From assembly GCA_046758505.1 (NCBI GenBank), contig JBHIAH010000004.1, forward strand, positions 43,944-107,943: 64,000 nucleotides of DNA. The letters run 5' to 3'. The notes under the pieces are model-generated. The model did no database searches and was not told the origin of the DNA. It saw only the letters and a program-made list of their open reading frames with translations. Positions 42,092 to 53,335 of this stretch are shown one piece after another. The translations under genes and the position numbers were made by a program. Origin of the DNA: Candidatus Methylomirabilales bacterium (GTDB taxonomy: Bacteria; Methylomirabilota; Methylomirabilia; Methylomirabilales; CSP1-5). How positions within the stretch are numbered: the stretch's first letter is position 1; each line of letters opens with the position of its first letter.

Positions 42092-43792
42092 TCACAGGAC
42101 GGACGGTTCAATGTATTCCCCCCACGCCTCCCGAAGGACCCCCATGATCTCTCCGAGGGTCGCGTAGGCCCGGACCGCATCCAGGATCTTCGGCATCAGC
42201 AGGTCTCGATCCCACGGGTCCTTCCCCTCGGCCGCCCTGCGGAGCGCATCCAGCGTCCGTTCGACCCGGCCGGTATCGCGCCGTCTTTTCAGATGGTGCA
42301 TCTGCTCCAACTGGCGGTGCGCAGCCTCCTCCGGGTTGATCTGGAGCAAGGGGATCGACTCCCCCCCTAGGGCGGCGAACCGGTTGACCCCGACCACGAC
42401 CCTTTCGCTCGCTTCGACGGCCTGCTGATACCGATACGAGGCATCGGCGATCTCCTGTTGCGGAAACCCCTTCTCGACCGCCCGCACCATCCCCCCCAGA
42501 TCATCGATCTTGTGGAGATAGGTCCATACCGCCTCCTCGATCTCCCTGGTCAGGCTTTCGACAAAGAACGACCCCCCCACGGGATCGATGGTGTCGGTCA
42601 CGCCCGTCTCGTGGGCGATGATCTGTTGGGTTCGCAGGGCAATTGTGGCCGCCTCTTCGGTCGGGAGCGCCAGTGTCTCGTCTAGGGCATTGGTATGAAG
42701 CGACTGTGCTCCCCCGAGGATCGCCGCCAGGGCCTGGATCGCCACCCGGACGACATTATTATACGGCTGCTGGGCCGTCAGGGCGCACCCCGCCGTCTGC
42801 GCGTGGGTCCGGAGCAGCCAGGCTCGCGGATCGGCGGCCCCGTACCGCTCTCGCATGATCCTGGCCCAAACACGCCTCGCGGCGCGAAACTTGGCGATCT
42901 CCTCAAAGAAATCATTGTGGACGTTAAAGAAGAAAGAGAGGCGAGGCGCAAAGCTATCCGGGGGGAGCCCCGCCTTCATCGTTGCCTCGACATACGCCAT
43001 CCCGTCGGCCAAAGTAAACGCCAGCTCCTGGATCGCCGTGGCGCCTGCCTCCCGGATGTGATAGCCGCTGATACTGATGGGATGCCACCGGGGGAGATGC
43101 CGGGCCCCGAAGAGGACCGTGTCCACCACGAGGCGCATGGACGGCTCGAGGGGGAACACATACTCCTTCTGCGCGATGAACTCCTTGAGAATGTCGTTTT
43201 GCAGGGTGCCGCCGATGCGGTCATAGGGGACCCCTTGTTTTTCGCAGACCGCCAGATACATCGCCCAGAGAACCGCTGCGGGCGAGTTGATGGTCATCGA
43301 GGTGGTCACGCCACCCAGGGGGATGCGGTCGAACAGGGTCTCCATGTCCGCCAAAGAGTCAATGGCCACCCCGCACTTTCCCACCTCGCCGCGGGCCATG
43401 GGATGGTCGGAGTCGTACCCCATGAGCGTCGGCAGATCAAAGGCCACCGACAGACCGGTCTGCCCCTGCTCCAACAGATAGGTGAACCGTCGATTCGTTT
43501 CCTCGGGGGTCCCGTAGCCCCCGAACATGCGCATGGTCCAGAGCTTGCCGCGATACATGGTCGGATAGACTCCCCGCGTAAAGGGATAATCGCCCGGGAA
43601 CCCCAGGTCGCGGGCATAGTCGAAGTCGGAGAGATCCAGAGGCGTATAGAGCCGTCGAATGGGATGCCAGGACACCGTACTGAACTCGCGCGCCCGCTCG
43701 GGGACCCTCGCCAGCGCGGGATGGAGGGTCTGCTCCTCCCATGACTTTCCTGCCGCCTCGACCCCCTTCATTGCGTCTCCATCACTCGCCAT
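42092..43792 (-). CDS. Acyl-CoA mutase large subunit with isobutyryl-CoA mutase-type residues
   Basis: [43 protein letters not shown]; no B12 domain. Confidence 0.92.
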   Translation of the reverse strand: MASDGDAMKGVEAAGKSWEEQTLHPALARVPERAREFSTVSWHPIRRLYTPLDLSDFDYARDLGFPGDYPFTRGVYPTMYRGKLWTMRMFGGYGTPEETNRRFTYLLEQGQTGLSVAFDLPTLMGYDSDHPMARGEVGKCGVAIDSLADMETLFDRIPLGGVTTSMTINSPAAVLWAMYLAVCEKQGVPYDRIGGTLQNDILKEFIAQKEYVFPLEPSMRLVVDTVLFGARHLPRWHPISISGYHIREAGATAIQELAFTLADGMAYVEATMKAGLPPDSFAPRLSFFFNVHNDFFEEIAKFRAARRVWARIMRERYGAADPRAWLLRTHAQTAGCALTAQQPYNNVVRVAIQALAAILGGAQSLHTNALDETLALPTEEAATIALRTQQIIAHETGVTDTIDPVGGSFFVESLTREIEEAVWTYLHKIDDLGGMVRAVEKGFPQQEIADASYRYQQAVEASERVVVGVNRFAALGGESIPLLQINPEEAAHRQLEQMHHLKRRRDTGRVERTLDALRRAAEGKDPWDRDLLMPKILDAVRAYATLGEIMGVLREAWGEYIEPSVL

Positions 43793-43850
43793 CGAATGCT
43801 CTCCTCCGCCCGGTCGAAAGCCTCCTCGGCCTTGTGACCTTCCAAAGCGG

Positions 43851-44774
43851 TCACCCGTATCGGGAAACGGTTCTGACGGCGTTCTCCGGCACTGGCCCCG
43901 GGAAGAGTTCCGGATGGACCAGGTGGGCCAGGACCTCTATTCCCTCCACCAGACGGGGCCCGGATCGACTGTACAAGGCGTGCCCATTCACGGCAAACAC
44001 CCGGCCGCACCGCACCGCGGGGAGCCCAGCCCAGCCCGGGAGTCCGGTCAGGAGGTGGATTTCGCCGAGAACCCGTTCCACGCTGAAGCCGCAGGGCATC
44101 AGAATCAGGACCGCCGGGGCAGCGGAGAGCACCTGCTCCCATGCGACGCGTCGGGAGGGCGCCCCAGGATTTCCCAGGACCTCGGTCCCTCCCGCCAGGG
44201 CGACCATCTCGGGGATCCAGTGTCCCGAAACCATCACGGGATCGAGCCACTCCAGGCACACGACCGTGGGCCGGGTTGGGGCCTTCGCCGCCCCCTGCGT
44301 GACACGCTCGATCCGCGCCTGAAGCGATGCGACAACTTTCTCCGCCTCTCCGAGGCGTCCCGTGGCTTCCCCGACCCGCGAGACATCGGTCAGCACATCG
44401 TCGAAGCATTGCGGATCGAGGGAAAGGATCTCCGGTTTTCGCAGAAGGGTTGCCGCCGCCGCCACGACCTCCCGGTACGGGGCCGCACACACCTCGCAAA
44501 GCTCCTGGGTCAGGATCAGATCGGGATCGGCCGCCTCCAGGGCCTCGCGATCGATCCGATAGATCCCCTCACCACGTTCCAGAAACGTCCTGACCCGTGT
44601 GTCAATTTCCCGGCTGGTCGACCCAGAACTCGCGATCGCCGACTTGATGATCTTGGGCTTGCCACGGGCCGCCGGGGGGTAATCACACTCGTGACTCACC
44701 CCGACGAGCTGCTCTCCCAATCCTAGCAGATACACGATCTCGGTCGCACTAGGCAATAAAGAGACGACCCGCAT
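43851..44774 (-). CDS. BtuF-like cobalamin-binding protein lacking a signal peptide
   Basis: [39 protein letters not shown]. Confidence 0.85.
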   Translation of the reverse strand: MRVVSLLPSATEIVYLLGLGEQLVGVSHECDYPPAARGKPKIIKSAIASSGSTSREIDTRVRTFLERGEGIYRIDREALEAADPDLILTQELCEVCAAPYREVVAAAATLLRKPEILSLDPQCFDDVLTDVSRVGEATGRLGEAEKVVASLQARIERVTQGAAKAPTRPTVVCLEWLDPVMVSGHWIPEMVALAGGTEVLGNPGAPSRRVAWEQVLSAAPAVLILMPCGFSVERVLGEIHLLTGLPGWAGLPAVRCGRVFAVNGHALYSRSGPRLVEGIEVLAHLVHPELFPGPVPENAVRTVSRYG

Positions 44775-44791
44775 GCCCCACCTCCGGTGGG

Positions 44792-44862
44792 GGTTCAGCG
44801 TTCAGGGTTGAAAGAATGCTTCGGTCTCTTCGACAGACCATGAACCGTGAACTATGAACCAT
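44792..44862. repeat. Inverted 7-bp tandem repeat element
   Basis: GGTTCAG-CGTTCAG-GGTTGAA facing TGAACCG-TGAACTA-TGAACCA. Confidence 0.7.
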
Positions 44863-46835
44863 CACAGGGCGCGCACCACCAGCTCGGCCAGGTCCAAGGC
44901 CTTGACCGCCTGGCTCTTCCCGCGCACCGTGATCCCATCCGTCATCATGGTCAGGCAAAAGGGGCAGGCGGTGGCCACGACGGCCGCGCCGGTTCGTAAG
45001 AACTCATCCGTCCGCTCCAGATTCACGCGCCTGCCGATCCGCTCCTCGACCCACATCAAGCCGCCCCCCGCCCCACAGCAAAATCCTTGCTCGCGGCATC
45101 TGGGCATCTCCCTCTGCTGCAGGCCCGGAAAGTGATCAATCACCGACCGGGGCTCATCGTAGATGCCGTTGTGGCGGCCCAGATAGCAGGGATCATGAAA
45201 GCTTACCGTCCCGCTAAACCGCTTCCGCAGGCCCAGGTGCCCCTCGCGCAGCAGGTGGGCAATGAATTGGCTGTGATGGACAACCTCGAACGTTCCGCCG
45301 AACTGGGGATACTCGTGCCTGAGCGTATTAAAACAGTGGGGGCAGGTGGTCAGGATCTTTTTCACCTGGTACCGACCCAGGGTCGTAATGTTCTCCTGGG
45401 CCAGGAGTTGAAAGAGATACTCATTCCCAATCCGTCTGGCCGGATCTCCGGTGCACCGCTCTTCGTTGCCGAGGATGGCAAACTCGACCCCTGCCGCCTC
45501 CAACACCCGTACCATCGCCCGCGTCACCTGCTGGCCGCGCTCGTCAAAGGCACCCGCGCAGCCGACCCAGTACAGGAGGTCTACCTCCCCGAGCTTTGCC
45601 GCCTCGGGAATCCGAAGGCCTTTTGCCCAGTCGGTCCGTCCGGCACTCACCCCCTTATAGGGGTGCCCCCGCGTCTCCAGGTTCCTGAGGGTCTCCTGCA
45701 TCTGTTCCGGGAATCTCGCCTCCTCCATCACCAGGTGACGGCGCATATCCAGGATCTTGGGGATCGGTTCGATGAGGACCGGACACGCCTGATGACAGGC
45801 CCCACACGTCGTGCAGGACCAGAGGACATCCTCGGCGATCACCTCGCCAACCATGCGCCGCGTCTCCTCGCCGCGGTGGACCTTGATCAGATGGTCCCGC
45901 AGGTCGAGGATGACTCCCTTCGGCGTGAGGGGCTTCGCCGTGGCCCAGGCGGGACAGGCAGCCTGGCATCGCCCGCATTCGGTGCAGGCATAGAGATCCA
46001 AGAGGGCCTTCCACGAAAAATCCTGGATCGTAGAGGCCCCCAGTCGCTCTTCCTCGACGGCCAGCGGCGCCAGGATGCCGGAGGGCTCGAGGTTTCGAAG
46101 GAAGATGTTGACGGGAGCGGCCAGGAGATGAAAGACGCCCGTATACGGAATGGCTGCCACGAAACCAAAGGAAAGCGCGGCGTGCACCCACCAGAGGACC
46201 TGGTGAAAGGCCCGGGCATACTCGACCCCCACCCCCCGGAAGAGGAGAGCCGCAAACCACCCGCCGGGGGAAAAGGGCCCCCAGGGATCAGCGGTCGCCT
46301 CAATTCGGAGCCCCTCCACGAGGAATCCGGTCACCAGAACCGCTAAGAACAAGAGGAGGAGCCACCCGAACCCGTCAGATCCCCGGGGCTCCACGAGACG
46401 AGCGGGGGGGCGAAGGAACCGCCGGGCAACAGCCATGAGGGTCCCGAGGACGGCTGCCACGCCGAAGAGATCCACGGTGAGGGACATGAAGTAGAGATAG
46501 AAAGGGCCCTCGAGGACCGGGAGGCCAAAATACTCCTCGAAGGCCACGAGGGTGGTGGCAACAAACAAGATCAGAAATCCCCAGGAGAGGGTGAGATGCA
46601 TGAGGCCTGCATATCTCTCCTGGGCAATCCGCCGCTGCAAGAAGGCCTGCTCCGTCAGGGCCTTCAGGCGGCCTTTCAAGCGACCGATCCGCACCCCTCG
46701 TGTGCCGAGCAGGAGGGCTCCCCAGACGCGATAGCAGCCGTACAGGAAAACGGCGAGGAAAGGGAGGAACAGGATGTACAGGAACAGGTGCTCTGGAATG
46801 TTCCAGTAGATCTCCCGCCCCGGCAACTGTTGCAT
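44862..46835 (-). CDS. Membrane Fe-S oxidoreductase (FadF / HdrD-like, ETF partner)
   Basis: N-terminal TM helices, two CxxCxxCxxxCP motifs, two CCG-type domains ([17 protein letters not shown]). Confidence 0.92.
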   Translation of the reverse strand: MQQLPGREIYWNIPEHLFLYILFLPFLAVFLYGCYRVWGALLLGTRGVRIGRLKGRLKALTEQAFLQRRIAQERYAGLMHLTLSWGFLILFVATTLVAFEEYFGLPVLEGPFYLYFMSLTVDLFGVAAVLGTLMAVARRFLRPPARLVEPRGSDGFGWLLLLFLAVLVTGFLVEGLRIEATADPWGPFSPGGWFAALLFRGVGVEYARAFHQVLWWVHAALSFGFVAAIPYTGVFHLLAAPVNIFLRNLEPSGILAPLAVEEERLGASTIQDFSWKALLDLYACTECGRCQAACPAWATAKPLTPKGVILDLRDHLIKVHRGEETRRMVGEVIAEDVLWSCTTCGACHQACPVLIEPIPKILDMRRHLVMEEARFPEQMQETLRNLETRGHPYKGVSAGRTDWAKGLRIPEAAKLGEVDLLYWVGCAGAFDERGQQVTRAMVRVLEAAGVEFAILGNEERCTGDPARRIGNEYLFQLLAQENITTLGRYQVKKILTTCPHCFNTLRHEYPQFGGTFEVVHHSQFIAHLLREGHLGLRKRFSGTVSFHDPCYLGRHNGIYDEPRSVIDHFPGLQQREMPRCREQGFCCGAGGGLMWVEERIGRRVNLERTDEFLRTGAAVVATACPFCLTMMTDGITVRGKSQAVKALDLAELVVRAL

Positions 46836-46838
46836 AGT

Positions 46839-47819
46839 CTACTCCCCCATCAACGCCCGGCACTTGGCGATCAAAGGGGGGAGGACGGCCTTGTAATCAC
46901 CCACGATCCCCAGGTGAGCCACCTTGAAGATGGGGGCTTCTGGATCTGAATTAATGGCCACGATCGTCTTGGCGCCCGTGATCCCGGCCACATGCTGGGT
47001 GGCCCCGGAAATGCCCACCGCAATGTACAGATCGGGGCTCACCGTTTTTCCGGTCTGCCCCACCTGCATGGAGGAGGGAACCCATCCGGCATCGGTGGCA
47101 GCCCGAGATGCGCCCACCGCTCCCTTGAGGAGCCGGGCCAGTTCCACCAGCAGGTTGAAATCCTCGGGGCCCCCGAGTCCCCGACCGCCCGAGACCACCG
47201 CTGGCGCGTCCTCGAGCTTCACGCCCGTGGATTCCTCCTGCACCCGCTCCACCAGGCGGGTGCGGGCCAGACCGGGATTTAGGGGAACCTCTACCGAAAT
47301 TTCCTTCCCCTGCTCTTCGCCCGCCGGCGCCGCCGGGTCGAAGGTCCGCGGCTTCACGGTCACCACCACCGGGAAGGTTCTTGGCACCATGGTGGCCATG
47401 GCCTTCCCCCCGTACGCCTGGCGGTGAAAGCGGGGAATCTTGTCTGCCTCCGCCACGTCCATGTCAACCACCTCCGTGACGATCCCTCCCTGCAGGCGAA
47501 ACGCCAGGCGCGCCGCAAGATCCCGCCCCAGAGAATCGCCGGGGAGAAGGAAGACCCGGGGATCAGCGGTCTCGGCCATCCGCTCCAGGGCCGCGAGGTG
47601 AACATCAGCCTGATACTCTTTCAAGAGGGGATGGTCCACCCGATAGACGGTGTCGATCCCGTAGCCATAGAGGGCAGCGCCGTCCCCGTGGCCGAGCAGG
47701 CCGGCACACACCGGTTCTTGCAGCCCCTGGGCGAGCTGTTGGGCACCCCCCAAGAGCTCCAGGGTCGTCCGGGATGGAACCCCATTTTCGATCTTGGCAA
47801 GCACGAAGATGCCTGGCAT
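46839..47819 (-). CDS. etfA: Electron transfer flavoprotein alpha subunit
   Basis: VSGGRG, VGASRAA, QVGQTGK, GISGATQH. Confidence 0.96.
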   Translation of the reverse strand: MPGIFVLAKIENGVPSRTTLELLGGAQQLAQGLQEPVCAGLLGHGDGAALYGYGIDTVYRVDHPLLKEYQADVHLAALERMAETADPRVFLLPGDSLGRDLAARLAFRLQGGIVTEVVDMDVAEADKIPRFHRQAYGGKAMATMVPRTFPVVVTVKPRTFDPAAPAGEEQGKEISVEVPLNPGLARTRLVERVQEESTGVKLEDAPAVVSGGRGLGGPEDFNLLVELARLLKGAVGASRAATDAGWVPSSMQVGQTGKTVSPDLYIAVGISGATQHVAGITGAKTIVAINSDPEAPIFKVAHLGIVGDYKAVLPPLIAKCRALMGE

Positions 47820-47822
47820 CGC

Positions 47823-48620
47823 TCACATCACCTTTCGCTCTCGGAGTTTCGTGATCAGCGTCGCGACCTGCTCTTCCGGCTCTCCCTCCAGCAGCTCGCA
47901 GCGAGACTCTCGCGTGGGAACGGTGAGCTCCTGAAGCTCCACCCGTGCTGCCGTCGCGCCCAGGCCTTGGGCCTCGAGGCCAATGTCGCCGAGCGACCAC
48001 GTCGGGATGGGTCTGCGAGAGGCCGTCATGATGTCTTTCACTTTCGGATATCGGGGAACATTTGACTCGTGACTTACGATAGTCAAGAGGAGCGGTGGTG
48101 TCCCCTCCCAGATCTCGTGGCCCTCCTCCACGACGCGCTGGGCCCGTATCCGACCGTTCTGTCGATCCACCCGGGAGACATAGGTGAGACAGGGAATCTG
48201 GAGCGCCTCGGCCAGCGTGGGTCCAACGATCCGGTCGGCCCAGTCCCCGGACTCGCAGCCGCACAGGACCAGATCTGCCCGGCCGAGTTTTTCCGTCCCC
48301 CGGGCCAACGCCGTGGCGACCGCGAAAGCATCGCATCCCACGAGGGCCGGATCGCTGATCAAGGCAGCCTCGTCCGCGCCCATGGCCAGCCCTTTCCGAA
48401 GTGCGCTCACGGCCGATGCCCCCCCGACGCTCAGCACCGCCACGTGACCGCTGGTTTGCTCTTTGAGCTGCAGCGCCACCTCAAGGGCATTTTCATCGTA
48501 GGGGCTGATGACGAGGGGGTGCCCATTCGGTTGCTGCCGCTTTGACGCCGGATCAATCTTGAACTGACTGACGGGAAGCTCGGGATCGATGATCTGCTTG
48601 AGACAGACGACGATGCGCAT
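47823..48620 (-). CDS. etfB: Electron transfer flavoprotein beta subunit
   Basis: VCLKQI.D, PYDENALE.AL, AMGAD, PRYP. Confidence 0.95.
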   Translation of the reverse strand: MRIVVCLKQIIDPELPVSQFKIDPASKRQQPNGHPLVISPYDENALEVALQLKEQTSGHVAVLSVGGASAVSALRKGLAMGADEAALISDPALVGCDAFAVATALARGTEKLGRADLVLCGCESGDWADRIVGPTLAEALQIPCLTYVSRVDRQNGRIRAQRVVEEGHEIWEGTPPLLLTIVSHESNVPRYPKVKDIMTASRRPIPTWSLGDIGLEAQGLGATAARVELQELTVPTRESRCELLEGEPEEQVATLITKLRERKVM

Positions 48621-48786
48621 TACTCCTCCCGGGAGCGCGTTGATGAGGTGCTGCCGTGTGCGGGCAGCCGTCCCCGTGGGGATTACGGATTGATGTCATC
48701 CGTGAAAAACCGTGGGACCGGAAACAAAGATGCCGGAAAGGGAGAGCAGATGTCAAGGGACTTTCGTTCCGTTGGGCGCAACGGAA

Positions 48787-49062
48787 CTACGCCCCGCCGG
48801 CGATGGCAGGGACGATCGAGACGTGGTCCCCCGGTTTCAGCGGGGTGGCGGTTCCCTGGAGGAACCGGATGTCCTCATCGTTCACATAGATATTGATGAA
48901 ACGGCGGATATCCCGCCCGTCACACAGCCGTTCTTTCAACCCCTTATACCGTGTCTCCAGGTTCTCAATGAGATCCTGAACGCAGCCCCCTTCTCCCTGC
49001 ACCTCGGCCTGCCCCTGGGTCAGGGTCCGGAGGGGTGTCGGAATCCGGACGAGGACGCTCAT
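48787..49062 (-). CDS. MoaD/CysO-like sulfur carrier protein ending IAGG-A
   Basis: [33 protein letters not shown]. Confidence 0.93.
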   Translation of the reverse strand: MSVLVRIPTPLRTLTQGQAEVQGEGGCVQDLIENLETRYKGLKERLCDGRDIRRFINIYVNDEDIRFLQGTATPLKPGDHVSIVPAIAGGA

Positions 49063-49086
49063 GGTTTCCTCCGTATCGCTTGCCGA

Positions 49087-50367
49087 TTATCCCCGATGCG
49101 TGCTCAAGGCGCTGACACCGGCATCGAACCCAAGGTCCGGCCGCTCCGTGATCGCCCCATCAAAGGACTTTAGGGTTGGTTTGATGGAGACGGTAGGCTT
49201 GAGCGCGTGAGAGACTACTTCCTGCGTCTTGAGGCCGTTGCCGGTAATGGAAAGCACGACGCTCTCGTCGCGGGGAATGATCCCCTCCTCAATGAGCCGC
49301 TTCGCGACGGCCACCGTGACCCCTCCCGCCGTTTCTGTAAAGATCCCCTCCGTTGCGGCGAGCAGCGTCATCCCGGCGACGATCTCCTCGTCGCTCGCCT
49401 CTCCGGCAAATCCCCGACTCTCCTCGACGGCCTTGTACGCGTAATAGCCGTCCGCCGGGTTGCCGATGGCCAGGGATTTACAAATCGTGTGCGGGCGCAC
49501 GGGCCGAATGGTCTCACACCGGTTACGAATCGCCGTCACGATGGGACTGCATCCGGCCGCTTGTGCCACATGCATCCGGGTGTGAGAATCGGGGATCAAT
49601 CCCAACCGGTGAAACTCCTTGAGTCCCTTCCAAATCTTGGTGACGAGGGATCCGCCGGCCGCGGGGACGATAATGTGCTGGGGGGTGCGCCACCCCAGTT
49701 GCTCGACGATCTCGTAGCCGAAGGTTTTCGACCCCTCCGCGTAATAGGGCCGGATGTTGATGTTCACAAAGGCCCAGCCGTATTTGTCGGCCACCTCGCT
49801 GCAGAGACGGTTGACCTCATCGTAGTTTCCATCGACCGCCACCAGCACCGGATCATAGATCAAGGTCCCGATGATCTTCCCCTGCTCCAGATCGGCCGGA
49901 ACAAAAATAAAGCTCTTGAGACCCGCCTCTGCCGCATGGGCGCCAACGGAGTTGGCCAGGTTCCCCGTAGAGGCGCAAGCGACCACCGGGAACCCAAATT
50001 CCATCGCCTTGGTCACCGCGACCGCCACGACCCGGTCCTTGAAAGAGAGGGACGGGTGGCAAACCGCATCGTTCTTGACGTAGAGTTCCCCGACCCCTAA
50101 TGCATCGGCGAGGTTTTTCGCCCGAATCAGCGGCGTCATGCCGCAATGCCTTCCGACCGGTATCTCCTGTTCGATGGGGAGCAAGTCGCGATACCGCCAG
50201 GCGCTGTACGGGCCGGCCTCGATCCGTTTCCGATTCACGATCGTCTGCAGGCTGGCGTAATCGTAGTCGACCTCGAGCGGCCCAAAGCAGAATTCGCAGA
50301 CGTGGAGCGGCGCGGCTGGATAGGGACGGCCGCACTCCCGGCACTTCAGCCCTCTGATTGTACCCAT
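49087..50367 (-). CDS. Threonine synthase-like PLP enzyme (probable O-phosphohomoserine sulfhydrylase)
   Basis: N-terminal CxxC...CxxC, SFKDR PLP lysine, ASTGN, ITGNGLK; under a SAM riboswitch with a sulfur carrier. Confidence 0.88.
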   Translation of the reverse strand: MGTIRGLKCRECGRPYPAAPLHVCEFCFGPLEVDYDYASLQTIVNRKRIEAGPYSAWRYRDLLPIEQEIPVGRHCGMTPLIRAKNLADALGVGELYVKNDAVCHPSLSFKDRVVAVAVTKAMEFGFPVVACASTGNLANSVGAHAAEAGLKSFIFVPADLEQGKIIGTLIYDPVLVAVDGNYDEVNRLCSEVADKYGWAFVNINIRPYYAEGSKTFGYEIVEQLGWRTPQHIIVPAAGGSLVTKIWKGLKEFHRLGLIPDSHTRMHVAQAAGCSPIVTAIRNRCETIRPVRPHTICKSLAIGNPADGYYAYKAVEESRGFAGEASDEEIVAGMTLLAATEGIFTETAGGVTVAVAKRLIEEGIIPRDESVVLSITGNGLKTQEVVSHALKPTVSIKPTLKSFDGAITERPDLGFDAGVSALSTHRG

Positions 50368-50410
50368 CGAACCCTCCTGAGTCTGGGTTCTGCAGATCGA
50401 TCGACACGCG

Positions 50411-50650
50411 TCACGATTTCTCCCGCACTTCCTCGACCGTGATGCCGAGACGCGTGAGGACCGTCATGCCTCTGGCCAGGTCCTCCTCTTGCCCGTCGAA
50501 CTCCACGAGGACCTCTCCAATCGTGTCCGTGATCCGGGCCTTGCGGATGTTGGGCACCAGGTTGCACTCCTTTGAAACCCGGTGAATCACCGGCTCCTTG
50601 ATGAGATCGGGAGGATACCTTAGAGACCACCGTCGTCTCGCCACGCCCAC
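50411..50650 (-). CDS. Stand-alone NIL domain protein
   Basis: L.YP...IKEPVI......L.PNI.KA.I....G...VE..G pattern. Confidence 0.8.
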   Translation of the reverse strand: MGVARRRWSLRYPPDLIKEPVIHRVSKECNLVPNIRKARITDTIGEVLVEFDGQEEDLARGMTVLTRLGITVEEVREKS

Positions 50651-50660
50651 TCACCCCCTC

Positions 50661-50692
50661 AAAAAAAACCCCCTTCTCCTCATGAGAAGGGG
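50661..50692 (-). terminator. Riboswitch expression-platform terminator
   Basis: Minus strand CCCCTTCTC-ATGAG-GAGAAGGGG-G-TTTTTTTT; its 5' arm (CTTCTCAT) can alternatively pair with the riboswitch P1 3' strand. Confidence 0.85.
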
Positions 50693-50716
50693 TATGCATG
50701 ACCGCTGCGCATCCAC

Positions 50717-50844
50717 CTCCTCATCTCTCACCCCGATGTGCGAGATCGGGATGCAGGAGTTGGCACTTCTTCCCGCCGACTTCGTCGGCGGGACCGTTGC
50801 CGCGGCTTCGTAGGGCCAGTCCCTCAGCCGCTCTTGATGAGAAG
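50717..50844 (-). ncRNA. SAM-I (S-box) riboswitch
   Basis: Minus strand CTCATCAAGAG...GAGGGACTGGCCC...GAAGCCGCGGCAAC...GTGCCAACTCCTGC...AGAGATGAG matches the SAM-I core. Confidence 0.93.
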
Positions 50845-50907
50845 TGAACTCGTATTCAATTGTCGCCTATACAAGCAAATGTCTTCCGTGCTGTCAAGCA
50901 AAAAACC

Positions 50908-51147
50908 TCACTGCACCACGTCCTGCTCGATGGGGCCCACCCGGACGCCCTGCTCCTCCAGCCATCGTATGCCGCTCGCAAGCTGCTCTTCCTCTCCTTC
51001 CAGCTCGGCCATGAGCCACCCGAGCCCCTCCGTGTAATCGGCCTGACGGATGTTGAAGACGAGATCAAAGCGCTCACACGCCTGCCACAACAGCGGCGCG
51101 TCCTTGAGCTTGCCAGGAAAGCTGAGGTGTACCCGCCTCTTCGCCAC
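50908..51147 (-). CDS. Stand-alone NIL domain protein
   Basis: L.FP.....PLL......FDL.FNIRQA.....GWL..ELEG; GTG after GGAGG. Confidence 0.82.
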   Translation of the reverse strand: MAKRRVHLSFPGKLKDAPLLWQACERFDLVFNIRQADYTEGLGWLMAELEGEEEQLASGIRWLEEQGVRVGPIEQDVVQ

Positions 51148-51280
51148 CGCTTCCTCCAGCCGACACACGACCAATTTATTCTACCCGAAATTACAGCCAA
51201 CGACAACCCCGGCGCTCGGATTCGCCTCGCGCGGAATCCGGGAAAACCGCCGCGCCGTGCCTGCGGCATCCCGGAATTAT

Positions 51281-52450
51281 TTAGATGCGGTAGTGGTCGG
51301 TGTTGGCCCACTGCACGAGGATCTCCGCCACCTCGCGCCGGGAGAACTCGGACGGGGGAAGCTCCACCCGGTGCAGCATCTCGCGCACCTTGGTTCCCGA
51401 CAAGCTCACCCGCTCCTCGGGGCCGTGCGGGCAGGTCTTGGTCGTCGCCATGCCGTGGCAGCGCCGGCAATAGAAGGCATGATCGAAAAAGAGAGGCGTG
51501 ATGCCGAGTTCTGCGGCCGAAAATTCCTGAAAGATCGCGTGGGAGTCGAACGTCCCGTAATAGTTCCCCACCCCGGCATGATCCCGGCCGACAATGAAAT
51601 GGGTACACCCGTAGTTCTTGCGGATGAGGGCGTGAAAGATCGCCTCCCGCGGCCCCGCGTAGCGCATGGCCGCCGGGAGGACCGACAGGATCACCCGATC
51701 CTTCGGATAGTACCCATCCAACAGAACTTCATAGCAGCGCAGCCGCGTTTCCGGGGGGATGTCATCGGGCTTGGTCTCTCCCACCAACGGGTGGAGGAGG
51801 AGTCCATCCACCACCTCGAGGGCGCACTTCTGGATGTACTCGTGAGCCCGATGGACCGGGTTTCGGGTCTGAAAGCCCACCACCGTCCGCCACCCCCGAT
51901 CTGTAAAGGCCCGACGCGTCTCTCTGGGGGTGAGATGGTAGGGATCAAAGCCGGGATACTGGGGGCGCTCGAGGAGACGGACGGGGCCGGCCAAGAGCAC
52001 CTCTCCCTGCGCGTAGAGGGCGTGGACACCCGGGTGGGCCTCGTCGGTCGTCCGGTAGACCTCCGACGCCTCCCGCTTCTTATCATACGGGAACTTCTCG
52101 CGAAGCTCCAGGAGACCTCGGGGCTCCCCCTCCTCATCTACGAGGGCGAGCTCCGCCCCCACGGCAAGCAAAGCGGCCTGGCCCTTCCCCACCGCTAACG
52201 TGACGGGAATGGACCAGGGAAGGCCGTTCGCCAAACGCATCTCCGTCACCACCCGTTCGTAATCGGCCCGCCCCATGAACCCATCCAGGGGACTCAGGCC
52301 TCCGATCCCGATCAGGTCCAGGTCCGAGCGCTGCCGTAGATTCAGGTGGATGGACTTCAGGCCACGGGCCCGCCGCCGCGCCTCTGCCTGCTCGTCTGGC
52401 GGCACGAGCCGGTCGATCAGTCTCCCTCCGTGCGGCGCAATCGTGCTCAT
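51281..52450 (-). CDS. sat: Sulfate adenylyltransferase
   Basis: [37 protein letters not shown]. Confidence 0.97.
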   Translation of the reverse strand: MSTIAPHGGRLIDRLVPPDEQAEARRRARGLKSIHLNLRQRSDLDLIGIGGLSPLDGFMGRADYERVVTEMRLANGLPWSIPVTLAVGKGQAALLAVGAELALVDEEGEPRGLLELREKFPYDKKREASEVYRTTDEAHPGVHALYAQGEVLLAGPVRLLERPQYPGFDPYHLTPRETRRAFTDRGWRTVVGFQTRNPVHRAHEYIQKCALEVVDGLLLHPLVGETKPDDIPPETRLRCYEVLLDGYYPKDRVILSVLPAAMRYAGPREAIFHALIRKNYGCTHFIVGRDHAGVGNYYGTFDSHAIFQEFSAAELGITPLFFDHAFYCRRCHGMATTKTCPHGPEERVSLSGTKVREMLHRVELPPSEFSRREVAEILVQWANTDHYRI

Positions 52451-52466
52451 GCGACCTCCAGCTCCC

Positions 52467-53219
52467 TCATGAACGAGACCGGCCTGTCTCCACGGGCGTG
52501 ACGTGCAGGCCGCACTCCTTGCTTTCGGGTGTCTCCCACCACCATCGCCCGGCCCGGATATCCTCTCCTGGCTTGATCGCCCGGGTACACGGGGCGCAAC
52601 CGATGCTGGGAAACCCTACATCATGGAGCGCGTTGTACGGAACGTCGTGGGTATGGATGTAGTCCCACACCTGCTCCACGGACCAGTCGACCAACGGGTT
52701 CACCTTGATGATTCCGCCATGACTCTGATCACATTCCACCTTATGCATCGCGGTTCGGGTGACCGCTTGCTCACGCCGGAGTCCGGTCACCCACGCATCG
52801 AGTCCCTCGAGCGCCCGGCCCAGGGGCTCGACCTTTCGGATCCCACAGCAAAACTTGCGCTCCTCCACACTCCGCCGAAAGGAGTAAAATCCCCTCTCCC
52901 GTTCCAGGGCCTCTACCGCTTCCCGGTCGGGAAAATAACTCTCGACGGAAATCCCGTATCGTTCCCGGATCCGCTCCATCACGGTGTAGGTTTCTTCGTG
53001 AAGGCGACCGGTGTCCAGCGTAAAGACCCGAACGTGGGGATTCATCTTCCAGGCGATGTCCAGGATGACCATGTCTTCCACCTGGAGGCTCGTGGCGAGG
53101 GCGATCCGGGGATGAAACCGATCCAGGCTCCACCGGAGTACCGCCTCGGCGTCCTGCTCCTCGAATCGAGCCGCCACGTCCTTGATCTCTGCTTCATCCA
53201 CCAGGTTTTTCTGTTCCAC
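52467..53219 (-). CDS. cysH: Assimilatory APS reductase (4Fe-4S CysH type)
   Basis: [37 protein letters not shown] after AAGGAGG. Confidence 0.94.
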   Translation of the reverse strand: MEQKNLVDEAEIKDVAARFEEQDAEAVLRWSLDRFHPRIALATSLQVEDMVILDIAWKMNPHVRVFTLDTGRLHEETYTVMERIRERYGISVESYFPDREAVEALERERGFYSFRRSVEERKFCCGIRKVEPLGRALEGLDAWVTGLRREQAVTRTAMHKVECDQSHGGIIKVNPLVDWSVEQVWDYIHTHDVPYNALHDVGFPSIGCAPCTRAIKPGEDIRAGRWWWETPESKECGLHVTPVETGRSRS

Positions 53220-53335
53220 GCCTGCCTCCTTTCCGATCCGCCGCTGTGCCGTCTCTCGACCTGCGCAACGCATCCCTTCCGGACATGGATGCATCCAGAA
53301 GGGCATACAATGGCGTACCCGTCTTCCTTCCTTCG

